Part shown: piece by piece, positions 37,155 through 52,084 of the stretch
How the letters are laid out: the number at the start of each line of letters is the position of its first letter
How positions within the stretch are numbered: position 1 is the stretch's first letter
From: Octopus bimaculoides
Taxonomy: Eukaryota
Length of the DNA stretch: 64,000 nt
Reading direction: 5' to 3'
Assembly: GCF_001194135.2 (NCBI RefSeq)
Contig: NC_068997.1
Coordinates: 6,406,530 to 6,470,529, forward strand
Translations under genes and position numbers: made by a program
Notes under the pieces: generated by a model
Databases searched by the model: none
What the model was told of the DNA's origin: nothing
Seen by the model: the letters and a program-made list of their open reading frames with translations, nothing else

Positions 37155-38848
37155 CAAGAAGCAGCTCAACATATATAAGCAATATCAAACATGCATACAA
37201 GGTATGTGTTTTGCTAGTTTGTGGGTAGGCTGCACTTGTTGGTGTAAGATATATTCTCATCAATTTTCCTGGTGTTAAAAGACCTGGAAGTCATAGACAA
37301 GCAAGATAACTCACACCCAGTCCCATTCAGGAACGATAAACATTGATGTTTTATCATTTTTATGACTTGTCAATACCGCATAGATACGTGGTTATATATG
37401 ATGTAATGTAATATAAAATATAATGTAATATAATATGTATATATATGATATATATATAAACATATATTATATTATAATATAATAATAATAATGAAATTAT
37501 TGTGTATAGCGCTCAGATGCACTACAATATAATATAATATATTTCCTTGTGCACGTCCTCATGTTGTCCATTAATTTTGTTCATTCATTTGAATTGACTA
37601 TTTATAAACATATATCTACATATATATATATATATAAAGGAGCACTATACAAGTCCAAAGTAAGATCCAATAGGCTTAAAATAAGCCCTGCAGAGTGAAT
37701 AATAAAAGCAATAATTTAAATGAAAAAAGAAGTCAAACTGACATAACAATTGTTTCTGCAAAAAGACCAAGATTTTAATTCTAAGTGTCTCATACAATGT
37801 TATGCAATTCATACTATGTCATGTAATACAAGACATTGTATATGAAAATATGTAATAATTTTATAGTCCTTTTGCTTCCTGAGATGTCATAATTTGAAGG
37901 CACCATTGACTAAATGAATGCTTTAGGATAAGTTCATTTGGGCATACCACAATATGTAAATAACTAAATGAATATTTTAGGTTGTATTCATGTATGTCAC
38001 AATATGTAAACAAGCCAAACATTTAATAGCTTTCACTTGATAGCTTCCATAGGTTTTATATACATATATCTATATGTGTGAACATCTATTTGCAGCTATA
38101 TATGAATATCCATGTATGTGTCTCATCATCATCATTGTAATCATCTGTTTTTCATGCTGGCATGGGTTGAACAGTTTGACAGGTGCTGATAAGCCAGAGG
38201 ACAGCAACAGGCTCCAAATGTCTGCTTTTGGATGGTTTCTATTGCTGGATGACCTTAACATCTGTGCAGCCATCATAATGTTGCAATATTTTTTGTGTGT
38301 GTATGTGGATGTCTTCATGTTAGTTTACGTGCTTGCATATGTCATTGCATGAGATTGTAGCATAAAGCAGGGGATGAATTAAAAATGTAGACCTTTTTAG
38401 AGAATTTTATCTTACTGCTATTGTTGTCGCAAAAGTCATTAAATGGCTGAGGATTGTTCTGTTTAGTGCTTTGACCAATAAGATAAATTTCAACCAGTTT
38501 TGATTACAATCTTAAAAGCTACAGGAGATATCAAGTAAAAGCTGTATCTGGTCTATTTGCATATTTTGGCACATTCCAATGAACTTATCCTAATGCATTC
38601 ATTTAGACGTTGGTGTCTTCAGATCATGACATCTGAAGAAAGGAATGGACTTTGGAATGATTACAGATTTCCATATAATATGACATGGCTAACACAACAT
38701 GGGATGAATTGGGTAACATTCTATGAGATATGGAATAAACCATACTCTCTGTTTATGGAAACAATTGCAATTTCAATTTGACTTTTCCTTTTATGATTTA
38801 AATTATTACTTTTAGATATATACATACATATGTATGTATGTATGTGTC

Positions 38849-38879
<31 letters not shown>

Positions 38880-39043
38880 GCATATATATATGCATATATA
38901 TATATGTATACATATATATACACACACACATACATACACACACGCAAATGTATATATATATGCATATATTTATATATATATGTATATGTATACATATATA
39001 TATATATACACACACATACATACATGCAAACGTGTATATATAT

Positions 39044-39095
<52 letters not shown>

Positions 39096-39243
39096 GCACA
39101 CACACAAATATAGACATATATATATATACATATATATGTATGTATGTATGTATATGTGTGCGTGTATCCATACATACAAATATATATGTATGTGTATTGC
39201 AGAAACAAGAAACAAGCATTTGATATGTATTCAATATATATGC

Positions 39244-39279
<36 letters not shown>

Positions 39280-39517
39280 AATAATTATATTACATATAAT
39301 CCATGCCAGTATGGAAAACGGATATTAAGCAATGATAATGATGATGAGATTATATATATATATATATATATATATATAACATTATATATTCAATTGATAA
39401 ATATGTAATATATATATATGTAAATGTATACATGTGTCTGCTTATGTATTGAGCTGTGTGTATATATATATGCATATATATAGAAAACAAAGTTATTTTA
39501 CTCCACACTGGTAGAAA

Positions 39518-39718
39518 TATAGGAAAAATAAAAGTTGAAAATGCACTGAGAATAGTTAGAACATTTTTTATTAAAATATTTAAAGCTTTAACCAGCTTCA
39601 CAGTTTTTCAATTTGAACTGTTTGAAAATCAGTGTAAACTGTGAAATGGTTTAAAGCTTTAAATATATTAATAAAAGATATTTTTACTATTCTCAGTACA
39701 TTTTCTACCTCTATTTTT

Positions 39719-39724
<6 letters not shown>
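39518..39724. mobile_element. AT-rich hairpin MITE in TA context; half copy at about 45863-45958
   Basis: Imperfect arms of about 86 bp at 39521-39606 and 39636-39721. Confidence 0.65.
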
Positions 39725-39754
<30 letters not shown>

Positions 39755-40126
39755 AATGTCTGTATATGTATGTATATATATATATATGTGTGTCTGTGTG
39801 TGTTTGTGCATGTGTTTGTATATGTATGTGTATATGTATATATATGTTTGTATGTATATATATNNNNNNNNNNNNNNNNNNNNNNNNNNNNNNNNNNNNN
39901 NNNNNNNNNNNNNNNNNNNNNNNNNNNNNNNNNNNNNNNNNNNNNNNNNNNNNNNNNNNNNNNNNNNNNNNNNNNNNNNNNNNNNNNNNNNNNNNNNNNN
40001 NNNNNNNNNNNNNNNNNNNNNNNNNNNNNNNNNNNNNNNNNNNNNNNNNNNNNNNNNNNNNNNNNNNNNNNNNNNNNNNNNNNNNNNNNNNNNNNNNNNN
40101 NNNNNNNNNNNNNNNNNNNNNNNNNN

Positions 40127-40164
<38 letters not shown>

Positions 40165-40529
40165 TCGGGTGTTCAAAAGCACACTTTAAAAGAAATTTTG
40201 AGCTGTTATTTTTTGAAGGATTTAAGTCATGTATTCTTGGTTATAAAATATAACCAGTCAGAAAGTTTACATTTGTTTTGTGTTCCTGTTGCACTTGGCA
40301 ATACAGACAATACATCAGACATGTTTACTGGTAGCACATAGTCTCTTTACTAATGAAAATAAATATACAGTCAGTTTGGTGAAGAAAAAAAACCAAAACA
40401 AAAAAAATATCACAAGAGGGAAAGATAACTTGCCTCTCTTTGTACAATTCCTCGTATTTCTGAAGTGGATCAGCTCTGCCTGCATATGTTTTTGCCATTT
40501 TCTAATCTGCAACTGGAGAAGATTCATTT

Positions 40530-40960
40530 GCTTCCAAAACAATTTTTTTATTATGAGAGCTGCAGCTAAAAATTTGACTTTTGAATTCAGGAAAGCACCC
40601 AGATTGATCCAATTTTTTTAGGTTTGTTGTCCTTTCAACTAAGCAAAGTTTGTATCATCTGTTTCTGTTAAGGTATGGCCTAAGTTGTTCCAGTAACTTC
40701 CAGTTAATTTTGTATGGCATTCCCTCTTCTTTTAATCACCATATATAGCTGGCTAATGTAATGTTACACATCTCTAGGATCCTAAAAGAGGACCTGCAGT
40801 TATTTAGCCTGACCTTCTTGAATTTAAAAAGTGACATTTTTAGCTGTGACATTCATGACAGAAAATTTGTTTGGAAATGTGGTCTTCCTCATTTGTGGAT
40901 AAGAGAATGGAAAAAAAACATGTAGGCACAGCTGACTTACTTCGGCTACACTTGCAATCA
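40530..40960 (-). mobile_element. Penelope-like element GIY-YIG/C-terminal remnant
   Basis: Translation with stops CRSSFRILEMCNITLASYIW*LKEEGMPYKINWKLLEQLRPYLNRNR*YKLCLVER...KSQIFSCSSHNKK follows the PLE C-terminal pattern H..SF....T.LS.YIW.LK.....I.W.I....PY......C.LCL.E....C.H. Confidence 0.7.
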
Positions 40961-41292
40961 CAAGGGAAAGCAATTCTTTTTTTTTCCCTCCCAGAAAGGG
41001 ATTTTTTCTGTTTTCTTTTTTTGTTTCAGTCATTTCTCCACCAAAATGACTAAGACTATATATTTACCTCCTTCATTAAAGAGGCTATGTGATTGTGGCC
41101 AGCATTTCTGATGAGTCACTTATATTGCCAAGTGCAATAGTAGATGTGAAAACCAATGGTAACTTTCTGGCCAGTGATATGCCATAACCAAGAATATACT
41201 ACTCTGCGATACATAAAAATAACATGAAACTAATTGGTAAGATTAACTGAAATGGATCTACAATGCTGTATATTTTTATAATGTATGCATTT

Positions 41293-41346
<54 letters not shown>

Positions 41347-41421
41347 TCATATGTGTGTGTGCATGAGTATGTCATGTATATGTTTACATATTTACATTCA
41401 CATTTATATATATATATTTAT

Positions 41422-41458
<37 letters not shown>

Positions 41459-42129
41459 TATGTATGTGTATATATAGCTTATTTTATAATGGACATAGAG
41501 TTGATTATGGAATGTTTATTATTTTGATATTTTAATAATATTTTTGTATCTTTATATAATAAGTATTTTATANNNNNNNNNNTATTTTATAATGGACATA
41601 GAGTTGATTATGGAATGTTTATTATTTTGATATTTTAATAATATTTTTGTATCTTTATATAATAAGTATTTTATATACATTCATTTGTTATTTATTGTTG
41701 GTTGATATATTCATTTATTATTATTATTGTTATATCTTGACCTGAAGATTAGCTATATTTTTGAATAGAATTGATTTTCGATAGTTTTAATCGATTTTAT
41801 GTGATGGTGGCACATATAAAGTACCCACTACACTCTCAGAGTGGTTGGCATTAAGAAGAGCATCCAGCTGTAGAAACATTACCAGATCAGATTGAAGCCA
41901 TGGTGCAGCCGCTGGCTTTCCAGACCTCAGTCAAACAGTCCAACCCATGCCAGCATGGAAAATGGACGTTAAACGATGATGGTGATGATGATGATGATCA
42001 AATATTATTATTAAACTTGAAACTGGAGAGATCCAATGTATACAAATTAATTTATTAATCAATTAACATCTTCACCTACAATTGTTTCATTTCGCATCCA
42101 ATTTAAATGACAAAACATATATAAATATA

Positions 42130-44360
42130 TAATCTTGCATTTCAAAATTCCTTTGGTACACCATGTACGAACCAAAGGAACCCACAGACATGCAGCCTAT
42201 GAGAAGCTCCTAAAATCTATCCAATCTGAACTACCATAAAGCAGACTGGAAAGCAATTGAGAAAGAGATCACCAAACAGGACTGGTCCCAATGTCTCTCT
42301 ACACCTGACATCGAAATGAAATTGAAAACTTTCATATCTGTAATACAAGCCATATGCTACAATTTTATCCCAGAGAAAAGGGCCACTGCACATAAAAACA
42401 AGATTCCCGAGGAGAGAAGAGTTCTTATGAGACAACGTACAAACATTGCAAACCACCTCAACGGCAGTGAGGAATCCCACCTGGAAACAGCACTGCTGGA
42501 GATTGAGAAACAACTGAAGTGCTCCCATGGGAAGGAAAGAGCAGCCGGAGAAGCCTGGGTCATAAAAGATATAAAATCAAACCTTAAAGTCTTCTTTAAG
42601 TATGTCCAAGGAGACTGCCTCCTTACATTGTAGTGTAGGGTCACTGCTTCAAAAAGCTGGCTCCCTCACAGGATAAGTGAAACACTGAATGAACACCCCA
42701 CCCCAGCAAACCTGTAGAATTCTTTACCTCTACAGAAGCAGAAAAAAAAATGATTACATTTATATTAAAGAAGAGGATGTAATACTGGCAATAGATGATG
42801 TAGATGCAAGGATTCCCAGCAGTCCTTCTCAAGTCATGCAAAGGAGTCTTTGCAAAACTATTGCAAAAATTCCTCGCAAATGGTAAGCTCATGGACAAAC
42901 TGAAGGAAGGAATAATATGCCCAATCCATAAAGGAGGTGGCAGAGCAGATGCTAAGAACTATAGGCCTATCACTCTGACCTCACACATCAGCAAAACTAG
43001 GGAACGAATAGTCCGATACTGACTGACACCCAGCATGGTTTCTGACCAGGTAAAAGCTACCTGACACAGCTCTTGCAGCATTATGACTAGGTGCTTAAGC
43101 AGCTGCTCAGCAATCCGAATGTGGATGTGATGTACCTTGACTTTGCAAAAGCCCATGACAAAGTCAACCATGGTATGATTTATCACAAGCTGCATAATCT
43201 TGGCACAGCTGGAAAACTTGGAGAATGGATACATGACTTTCTAAAAGATAAAAATCAGGTAGTGGTGGCCAACAGGGCCACCTCCAATGAAACACAAATA
43301 ATGTGTGGTGTTCCACATGGCACTGTATTGGGGCCGCTGCTATTTATAGAGGCCCTCTCAGACACGTCCTCAGCTACTCAAGTAGCCACTCTTGCTAGCG
43401 ATGCAGAGGATACTAAAGTTTCTTAGAGGATACAGATCCCTGGAGACATTGTGCATCTGCAACATGAGTTGGACACAATATACAAGTGGGCAGAAGAAAA
43501 TGACATGCAGTTTAATTTCTGGAAAATTCCAAGCCCTTGCTAACAACACACAAAGCTCAATGGAAAGCAAACAGAATACACTGGTCCAGGAGGGATTGCA
43601 ATCTCTGAATCAAAATCAGTGCATGACCAGAGCATCAACGTGAATAACGATGCACCTTGCCAGGTGTGTATTACTAAGTTGGCAATAAAATGCAGACAGT
43701 TGACCGGATAGATCCTTCAAACTTTCAAAATGAGAGAACAGGAAACCATGATGGTCCTCTGGAAGACTTTCATTCTCAGCCATCTGCATTACCGTTCCCA
43801 ACTGTGGTCACCAATAATGAAGGAACTTGAGGCAAGCCAATGAAGCTACACAAACAAGATCGTCTTAATGCGACGTGTCAGCTACTGGGAGAGACTGAAA
43901 AAGTTAAGACTCTACTCCCTAGAATGAAGGCAGGAAAGATATGCAGTAATATACATCTGGAAGATCCTAGAAGAGCTTGTATCTAACTTTGGCATTGTAA
44001 GTTACACAAATAGCAAAACAGGAGACTACTACATAGTACCAAAAATCTCAACATTACCATCAGGATACAGAACCAGATACTGCAACAGCTTGGGCTTTAA
44101 GGGCCCACAGCTTTCAATATCCTCCTACAAAGACTGAGAGACTTGCATGGTGTGGATGTAGGCATTTTCAAAACAAAACCAGATCACTTTCTGTCAGGAG
44201 TTCCAGATGAACCTACCTCAAGGCAAGAAGTACAGATGAGGACAGCAATGTCAAACTCCCTCATTCACCAAATGTCACACATGAAAGGAGGTTTAGTGGA
44301 AGTGTAGCAAAGCAAATAGCGGTGCCCCAGTATAGCCACAACAGTCAGGCTGAAACTAAA
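42130..44360 (+). mobile_element. Decayed CR1/L2-group LINE ORF2 and 3' end
   Basis: Fragments KDIKSNLKVFFKYV; ICPIHKGGGRADAKNYRPITLTSHISK; MYLDFAKAHDKVNHG; GVPHGTVLGPLLF; with frameshifts. Confidence 0.88.
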
Positions 44361-44545
44361 ATATATATGCATGTGTTTTGCACTTTTGGGCATTAAACAT
44401 CTCTATAAAATGACCTCTCTATTGGAGCCTGGTGCAGCCTTCTGGTTCACTAGTCCTCAGTCCAATCGTCCAACCCATGCTAGCATGGAAAGCGGACGTT
44501 ANNNNNNNNNNNNNNNNNNNNNNNNNNNNNNNNNNNNNNNNNNNN

Positions 44546-44610
<65 letters not shown>

Positions 44611-45067
44611 CACATCAGCACCATCATCATCCTCATCATTGTCATTATCGTTTTAATGTTCACTTTTCCATGCTAGCCCATTGGCTTACTAATGTTTATT
44701 ATACTCTACATTGATGTTGCATAATTGTCCTTCATTGGGATTCTAATTTTGTTAATAGTATAAGTTATGCCTGTTTAGGAGCTTTTAACTGTAGAAGCAC
44801 AGTTGTTGCTTATAGAGACCATGCCAAGCAGACATAGACCTGGTGCAGCCTTCTGGCTTGTCTGTTCTTGTCAAATCATCCAACCCATGCCAGCATGGAA
44901 AAAAGGGATGTTAAATGATGATGCTGATGATGTCGATAGTAATAGTGGTAGTGGTGGTGTAGGTGGTGGTGGCCGGAATAGTGAGGAGAGGGATATTTAA
45001 TTCTGTAATCAAACTGAGTATTCTAGTCTTGTTCATATAATTTCATTTGCAGTATATGATATATATG

Positions 45068-45099
<32 letters not shown>

Positions 45100-45952
45100 C
45101 ACACACACATATACCCATGCTAGCATGGAAGGCAGATGTTAGATGATGATGATGATGATGATATATATAGAAAGCAAAGTTATTTTATTCCACATGGCTA
45201 AAAACCCACAGAAGAAGTATGGATAAACAAAGAAAATACTTTCAAATAAAAGTACAAACCAAGACATAACAAACTTTAACAGAGTACATACACAACTATT
45301 CACACACAAAACTCATTCTCCACTTAACATGAGGAACCTACACAGCTAACAACCTAAACTTTAACCACTGACCCACATACAAACAACTACTGTCCACTCT
45401 CTCAACCAGACAAATTAAATTTGGTCTGCTTTGATTATAACTAAAAATGTTCACTCAACCGTGTTGGCTCTCCTTTTCGGTGCAAAACATACTATCACGT
45501 GGCACTAACGCATGGCTGTCGTGGGAAATGAACAAAAGTTTATAAACTTAATCATGCCTTCATTCTCTACAGACACTTGACAGAAAACACTCAGAGCATT
45601 GATTGTTTGGACATGTTCAGTCAACCGTGTCAGCCTTAACTTATGGCACCAAACATTGTCACTTGATACTAACACACGGACATAACGGGGAACCTACAAA
45701 AATTTCTAAGACCAATCATGTAACTATCCACTACCAATCAGATCCTAATCAAAACATATACTAATCTGAGCTATGAGCTCCCTATAAAAAATAGGGAAAG
45801 CTTCAAGCAATAGTCAGAAGCAAGACAGCTGTGACATAAGCCACATCTTCCTATTTCAACTTTTTGAAAATCAGTGTAAACTGTGAAACCGGTTAAATAT
45901 TTCAATAAAACATATTTTAACTATTCTCAGTGTATTTTCAACTTCGATTTTA

Positions 45953-45995
<43 letters not shown>

Positions 45996-46009
45996 TCATG
46001 TGTGTATAT

Positions 46010-46620
46010 ATATATTGTGCTTGAGAAGACCCAGCAAGCCAAGTGAGACCATAACCCATGGCCTATGCCAGTAGTGTAAACAGCCCACTTATGCATACCT
46101 TTCCTTCATTGGACACTAAACTCTGCTTGTGAAGACCTGTTGAGGCAAGTGAAATCGAAATCAAATTCGATGACAGCACCGCATGACTGGCATCTGTTCC
46201 AGAGGAGTGCTAAGAGCACCATCTGAGTGTGGTCGTTGCCAGGGCCGCTGACTGGCTCCCGTGCCGGTGGCATGTAAAGTGCACCATTCAAGTATAATTG
46301 TTACCAGCGTTGCCTTACTGGTACTTATGCTGGTGGCACGTGAAAAACAACATTCAAGCAAGGTCGTTGCCAGTGGTGCTGGACTGGCTCCTGTGCAGGT
46401 GGCACATAAAAACAGTATTCAAGTATGGCTGTTGCCAGTACTGCCTGACTGGCCCTCATGCCAGTGGTACGTAGAAGCACCAACTACACTCTCGGAGTGG
46501 TTGGCGTTAGGAAGGGCATCCAGTTGTAGAAACTCTGCCAGATCAGATTGGAGCCTGGTGTAACCCTCTGGCTCACCAGTCCTCAGTCAAACCATCCAAC
46601 CCATGCCAGCATGATGATGA
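46010..46620 (+). mobile_element. RTE-tail SINE/LINE tail with internal tandem units
   Basis: Same family as 2985-3347, 9100-9275, 10826-11155 and 41800-41998. Confidence 0.75.
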
Positions 46621-46714
46621 TATATAAATATATATATATGTTTGTATATATAAATATATATATATATCTATATATATATATATATAAACAATATGTTTGT
46701 GTGTATGTATATGT

Positions 46715-47035
46715 GAAGGTGCATGGCTTAGTGGTTAGCGTATTCAGCTCATGATCGTAAGGTCATGAGTTCAATTCCCAGCGATGCATTGTGTCCTTGA
46801 GCAAGACACTTTATTTCACAGTGCTCCAGTCCACTCAGCTGGCAAAAATGAGTGGTACCTGTATTTCAAGGGCCACCCTTGTCACACTCTCTATCTCTGT
46901 GTCACGTTGAGAAATATGTAAAAAGGAGTACACGTGTCTGTGTAGTGCTCAGTCACTTACACATTAATCTAACGAGCAAGCTGTTTTGTTGATTGGATCA
47001 ACTGGGACCCTCATCATCGTAACCGATGGAGTGCT
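46715..47035 (+). mobile_element. tRNA-derived SINE
   Basis: Head ggtgcatggcttagtggttagc...gagttcaattccc; its 3' half is shared with the SINE at 59703-60083. Confidence 0.75.
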
Positions 47036-47054
47036 TCCATTTATATTTATATAT

Positions 47055-47885
47055 ATATACATCACTAGATGTCATCAGAAAGTATCTGGACTACATGTTC
47101 TGTGGTTGTACAGTTCAATAGAAATGCATGCACAGCTGACAAACACTAGTAGTTGGCCAACTGAGTTAGTCTGTATATAGGCTTTATCCTCTCTGATTCT
47201 GTTCCATTTGTATGTGAGGTTTTGCAATGTAGTTAGAATGGTTCTGCAATCTCTACATTGACTGACAAAATGAAACTATGTCCCTAAATCAAACTTTTCA
47301 CGAAGCTCAGCAAATCTGCTAGTGGGACCCTCAAAATGCTTTGTCTGGCTTTTAGCAAATGTTTTTTTGGTTGGGGTCAGGCTGTTGAGTTCAAAGCCAG
47401 CCAAGTCACAGTTCAAAATGATGAGCATTGAAGGTGACCAGTCCCTGGCAAAGTACCAGAAAATGTGAAAAAGGATCGTGAACTCATCAATGAGGACCAT
47501 CACAAGATAATTCCTCAACTCTCTCACATAACTGGAATTACTGAATGTTCACCATGTAAAGCTTGTCTGCTATACTCACCTGACCTATTCCCTTATGACT
47601 TGGCTGGGGTTTTTTTTTTTTTTTTTTTTTTNNNNNNNNNNGGTTTTTTTTTTTTTTTTGTTTTTTACTGAAATGGAATTTAAGCTGAAGGCCACTTCAA
47701 GATACTAGATGAAATTCAAATCAAACTGCTGGAGGTATTGGATGGCCTTCAGGAAGAGGACTTCCATGGTGCTTTTTGAGGTGTGGAAGACATGTTAAGA
47801 TCACTGTTTATGTTCCCAAGAAAACTATTTCAAAAGAGATAGTGTTTGATTGTAAGTATTACATGAAATATATTAACGGGTATAC
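47055..47885 (+). mobile_element. Decayed mariner-like element
   Basis: Fragments such as RELINEDHHK..I.QLS and YSPDLFPYD (mariner YSPDLAPxD motif). Confidence 0.6.
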
Positions 47886-47951
47886 TGATATACCATTTTT
47901 AGGGGTTTTGCAGTTCTTTCTGACAGCAACTCATATATATGTGTTATATGA

Positions 47952-47986
<35 letters not shown>

Positions 47987-49190
47987 CATGCGTGTGTGCT
48001 AGACTCAATCATTCTGACTGATATAATACATTTTATCTCTCTGCATATAATTACAAAATCATTCTACATAATATAAAACTTGGCTTCAACATATATTTTG
48101 TGATAGATTCTGTTTTCCTATGAAAATTGAGAAGAAAATTGGAAAGTCAATGGTTCATAGTTTGTAATTTCTCTGAAATACATTTATTTACAGCAGGAAG
48201 TGTTAAGTTTTTTTTATTTTATTGTTTTATAGCATATTTCATTCACCTGCTTTGGATAAATAATTCTGTTGGAAAGAAAGGAACATGTTTTGTTTTCTTT
48301 TGTTATTTTTTTGATTTTTTTTTTGATTTTTTTTTTTTGATTTTTTTTTTTTTACAAATACCTCAGTTTTATAATACATTGATTGATTAATGAAAACATT
48401 AACATTCTGAAATGGCAAATGTTCTAATGACAAATAACAAAAAGACTGACCTGAATAAAGATACAAATTGATGAATATTGGAGTGAAATATTTCAGCAGT
48501 GTTATATTTGCTATGTGGTGGGGTGGGGGTAGGGGGAGCCCACATAGATTTGATCAGTGTACTAACTGAAGAGTTAGAAAACTGGCAAGTTTCAAGCTTG
48601 TCATAAGACCCCTCACCACTGATCCTTTATTTATAAGAAATCAAATAAATTATTATTGTTTTTATGATGATCACGATATTTTCAACAGAATTAGGTGTCT
48701 GCACTGTCAAGTGCACTTCCATATTCTTGAGATGTATTGGCAGCATTGTATTTCCTGGCTAGATTTCTTTTACCTTGTCACAAGTTGGTTTTGTTGCTTT
48801 TGGAGGTTACTTCTAGGGCTTCATGTGCTGGAGCCATACAATCTGAGTTGTTCTGCTGTTGGGTGGTGAATCTGCTTTCTATGTGATTTTATAGAGACTG
48901 GGTTATGTTAAATGAGGGGCAGATACTGAGTAAAATATTCCTGGGAGGTGGGGTATGGGATAGATGGTCTCATGTGAGATTTTGGTGCTGTGGGATGGGT
49001 TCTAGTATTATTATTGTTGTTGTTGCTGTTGTTGTTATCATCATGATGATCATCATCATCATTATTGTTATTATTTTGTTTTGTATTCATCACAGACTGT
49101 GTCACTGTCTGAAAACATTGGGCAAGAGAAGTAATGACTGGAATGTCTCAGATATAATATATGTGTGTGTATGAACATGTACATATATAG

Positions 49191-49222
<32 letters not shown>

Positions 49223-49327
49223 GCATATGTGTGTGTGTGTGTGTATATGCATATATATATGTTTGAATTTTTATATATACATATATGTATACATATATGT
49301 ATATATATATATATGTATGTATATATA

Positions 49328-49362
<35 letters not shown>

Positions 49363-49367
49363 GCATA

Positions 49368-49409
<42 letters not shown>

Positions 49410-50024
49410 CACATATGTATGTACATATGTATGTATTTGTGTACACACACACATACATATATGTAGCAGGAATATTATACCTAGTCCAAGCACAATAAGC
49501 TTTGAACTATCTCAGACTTTGCCATTTATAGTAACAACTACTTTTTTTGCAAATCATAATTGTATCCTTGAGTAGTTTTTGGCATTGGATATAAGGATCT
49601 GGGTTCAATTGGTAAACATTCCTGATATATATATATATATATATACATAGATATATATGTGTGTGTGTGTGTGTGTGTGCGTGTGTGTGTGTGTGTGAGT
49701 ACATACTCTTCTATTGGCTTCGGTCGTTCGACTGTGACCATGCTGGAGCACATTTTCAAAGATTTTAGTGAATATGATTGACTCCTAGGACTTTCTGGTC
49801 CATATTTCATTGACGTCTGTTGAAAGGCTAAGTCACCATTTTTGACAAGATGCAAGTTAACACTCAGGATTAGTAAATACAAACACACAAAGAGAAACAG
49901 ACTAAACAAAACTAAAACATTTAACAAAATACATGAAATAACCTAGTCTTTACTACTTCAACTACTACGAATACCACTACTATTACTATACTACCACAAC
50001 TACTACTACTACTACTACTACTAC

Positions 50025-50055
<31 letters not shown>

Positions 50056-52084
50056 TTAACTTGGGTTTTGGTGGATCTCCTGGAGTCTTGAACGAGTGGT
50101 GGGTTTGCAACCTACAGTTCATTGGTTGTGTTTTTTTTTTGTTTTTTTTCTCAACTCTCTAATACTTTCCTGATGATTCTGGCTATGCTAAGGAGGCAAA
50201 CTTTTTGCAACAGCTCTACTCTGATTTCCTATTACTATTATTATTATTATTATTATTATCACATAGCAGAGGCAGTAACGATAGCAACTGCAGCATCAAC
50301 AGTAGCAATGAGAATCTGACAGCAGCAGCAGCAGTAATGAAAATAATACAATTCTGGAAACGACAAACAGGAAAATCCAGTTTGCTTAAGTTGTCTTTGA
50401 CTGAATTTGACTTGAAGACTGATGGCTGCAAAGAGGAACAGCATCATTTTCCAGGCATCAATTTAAAGTGTAACTCAATTAGCAGCAGTGTGAGTATCTG
50501 ACTGTCACGTGAAGTAGAAAAAAAAATGGTACCAATTACTGCCTCTTCAAAAACTAAGAAAAATCAATTTATCATTCAAGTAATGTGGGATTAGCTAATG
50601 CTGGACAGGATGTTTTTCCTGCTGAAACAAATGCAGTATATACACATCAAATATGCATTGCTTCCACTTCTTACAACAATAAATTCTCTTGTATGTAGTG
50701 TACCTAATTAGAATTACATGGAGTTGGCCCAAAAGAGTAAAGTACCTTGACCACAGTCACAATGTCATGTTAGTTCAAGTATATGAACCAATGACCTTTT
50801 AGTAGATTGTTCAGGATTTTATTGACACGGTCATGCATATGCTCACACAGTGATAGAGAAAATGCTAAAAGATATAATGTATAACAGTAGAACAGTATGA
50901 CATTATCTTTTTGGAAAAAAGACTCTTTCAATGTTTTCTTGCTTTCCCTAGTTTGTTATTATGCTGCAAATATTCGATGCCAATTAGATTAAAGTTTTGC
51001 AGTAATACAAAGTGACTGTAACTCTCTTTCATAGTCTGAACGTAACTTTAAAAACTGCTCAAAAAGTTAATATTTTTTTTCTTAATAACTAATAGTGTGT
51101 TTAATATTAGAGAATTTTCAAAAGCAAAAACGATGTTTATTAAACTTGCTGTCCATCCTATGAGATGAATGGTAAGCTGATTTTTTGAGATGGCAGCAGC
51201 AAGCACATAACAACTACACAAAAATGTTAGTCTAATATCTCATTGTTTGTTATTGCAAACTGAAGGAGGCAGTAAGGACATCTCGTAAAGACTCCTTTGA
51301 AATATATTTTTTCTAAAGATGTTTTGTACATCTGGATTCATTTGGGTTAGTTTGAAGTTTCATCCAAGTTAGAATTAGTCCGGAGAGTATGTTATTTTTC
51401 AAGAGTTAATGATAAAATAATGTAGATTTTAGATTTATCACATAGACATTCCTATCAAGAAGAATAGATAAAAGAGATCTAAGTCTGGTGTTGTCAGTTG
51501 AAGTTAGTCTGTCCCAACCATTTCATGACTACAAGCGGGACAAAAATCAACAAAAGCACCAAAATTATAAAAGTAGTAAACAAAGAGGTAAGCATCACAT
51601 AAACAACATTAAAACACATTCAATGCATGACAACTCATTTCTCACATAGGCACAAGGTCTCAGATTTATAAAAGTAATTATATATGTTCATATGCAATTC
51701 TCAGGCCTATTTTTTTTATTGATTTGAAGTTACTAGCATCCTAAAAACAAAAAGAAACTATATTAAAAGACTTTAAAAGTTATTCTACTTAATGTTAAAG
51801 ATATATTTTACTTAACACAGATCAAGATTATGAAATAATATAGCAAAATTCTTGTATACCAAGCTAAAAGAAATCCACATTAATACTTTATACAGTTTGT
51901 AATTAATTAGTTTTAGATCTATGTTACCGTATTCTTGTGTTCAATTTTTGCATCCCTCTGAAATCAGAAATCTTCTGCAACATGATGACAAACTGCTGAA
52001 TGTCAAAGAAGCGATGACTTACAGGTGATTATTTGAACACTTTCACTTCTTTGGTGAGTGACTGAAGGAAAGTTTTTTAGTCTC

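Noticed and set aside
38721-39408. Many 70-190 aa ORFs rich in Y/I/C/V/H/T (also at 36.4-37.3 kb, 41.2-41.5 kb, 49.0-49.9 kb and 18.6-19.1 kb)
   Set aside because: They are translations of (TA)n, (CA)n and (TACA)n microsatellites.
41480-41675. 93-bp direct duplication
   Set aside because: The two copies sit on either side of a 10-N gap, a typical unmerged contig overlap.
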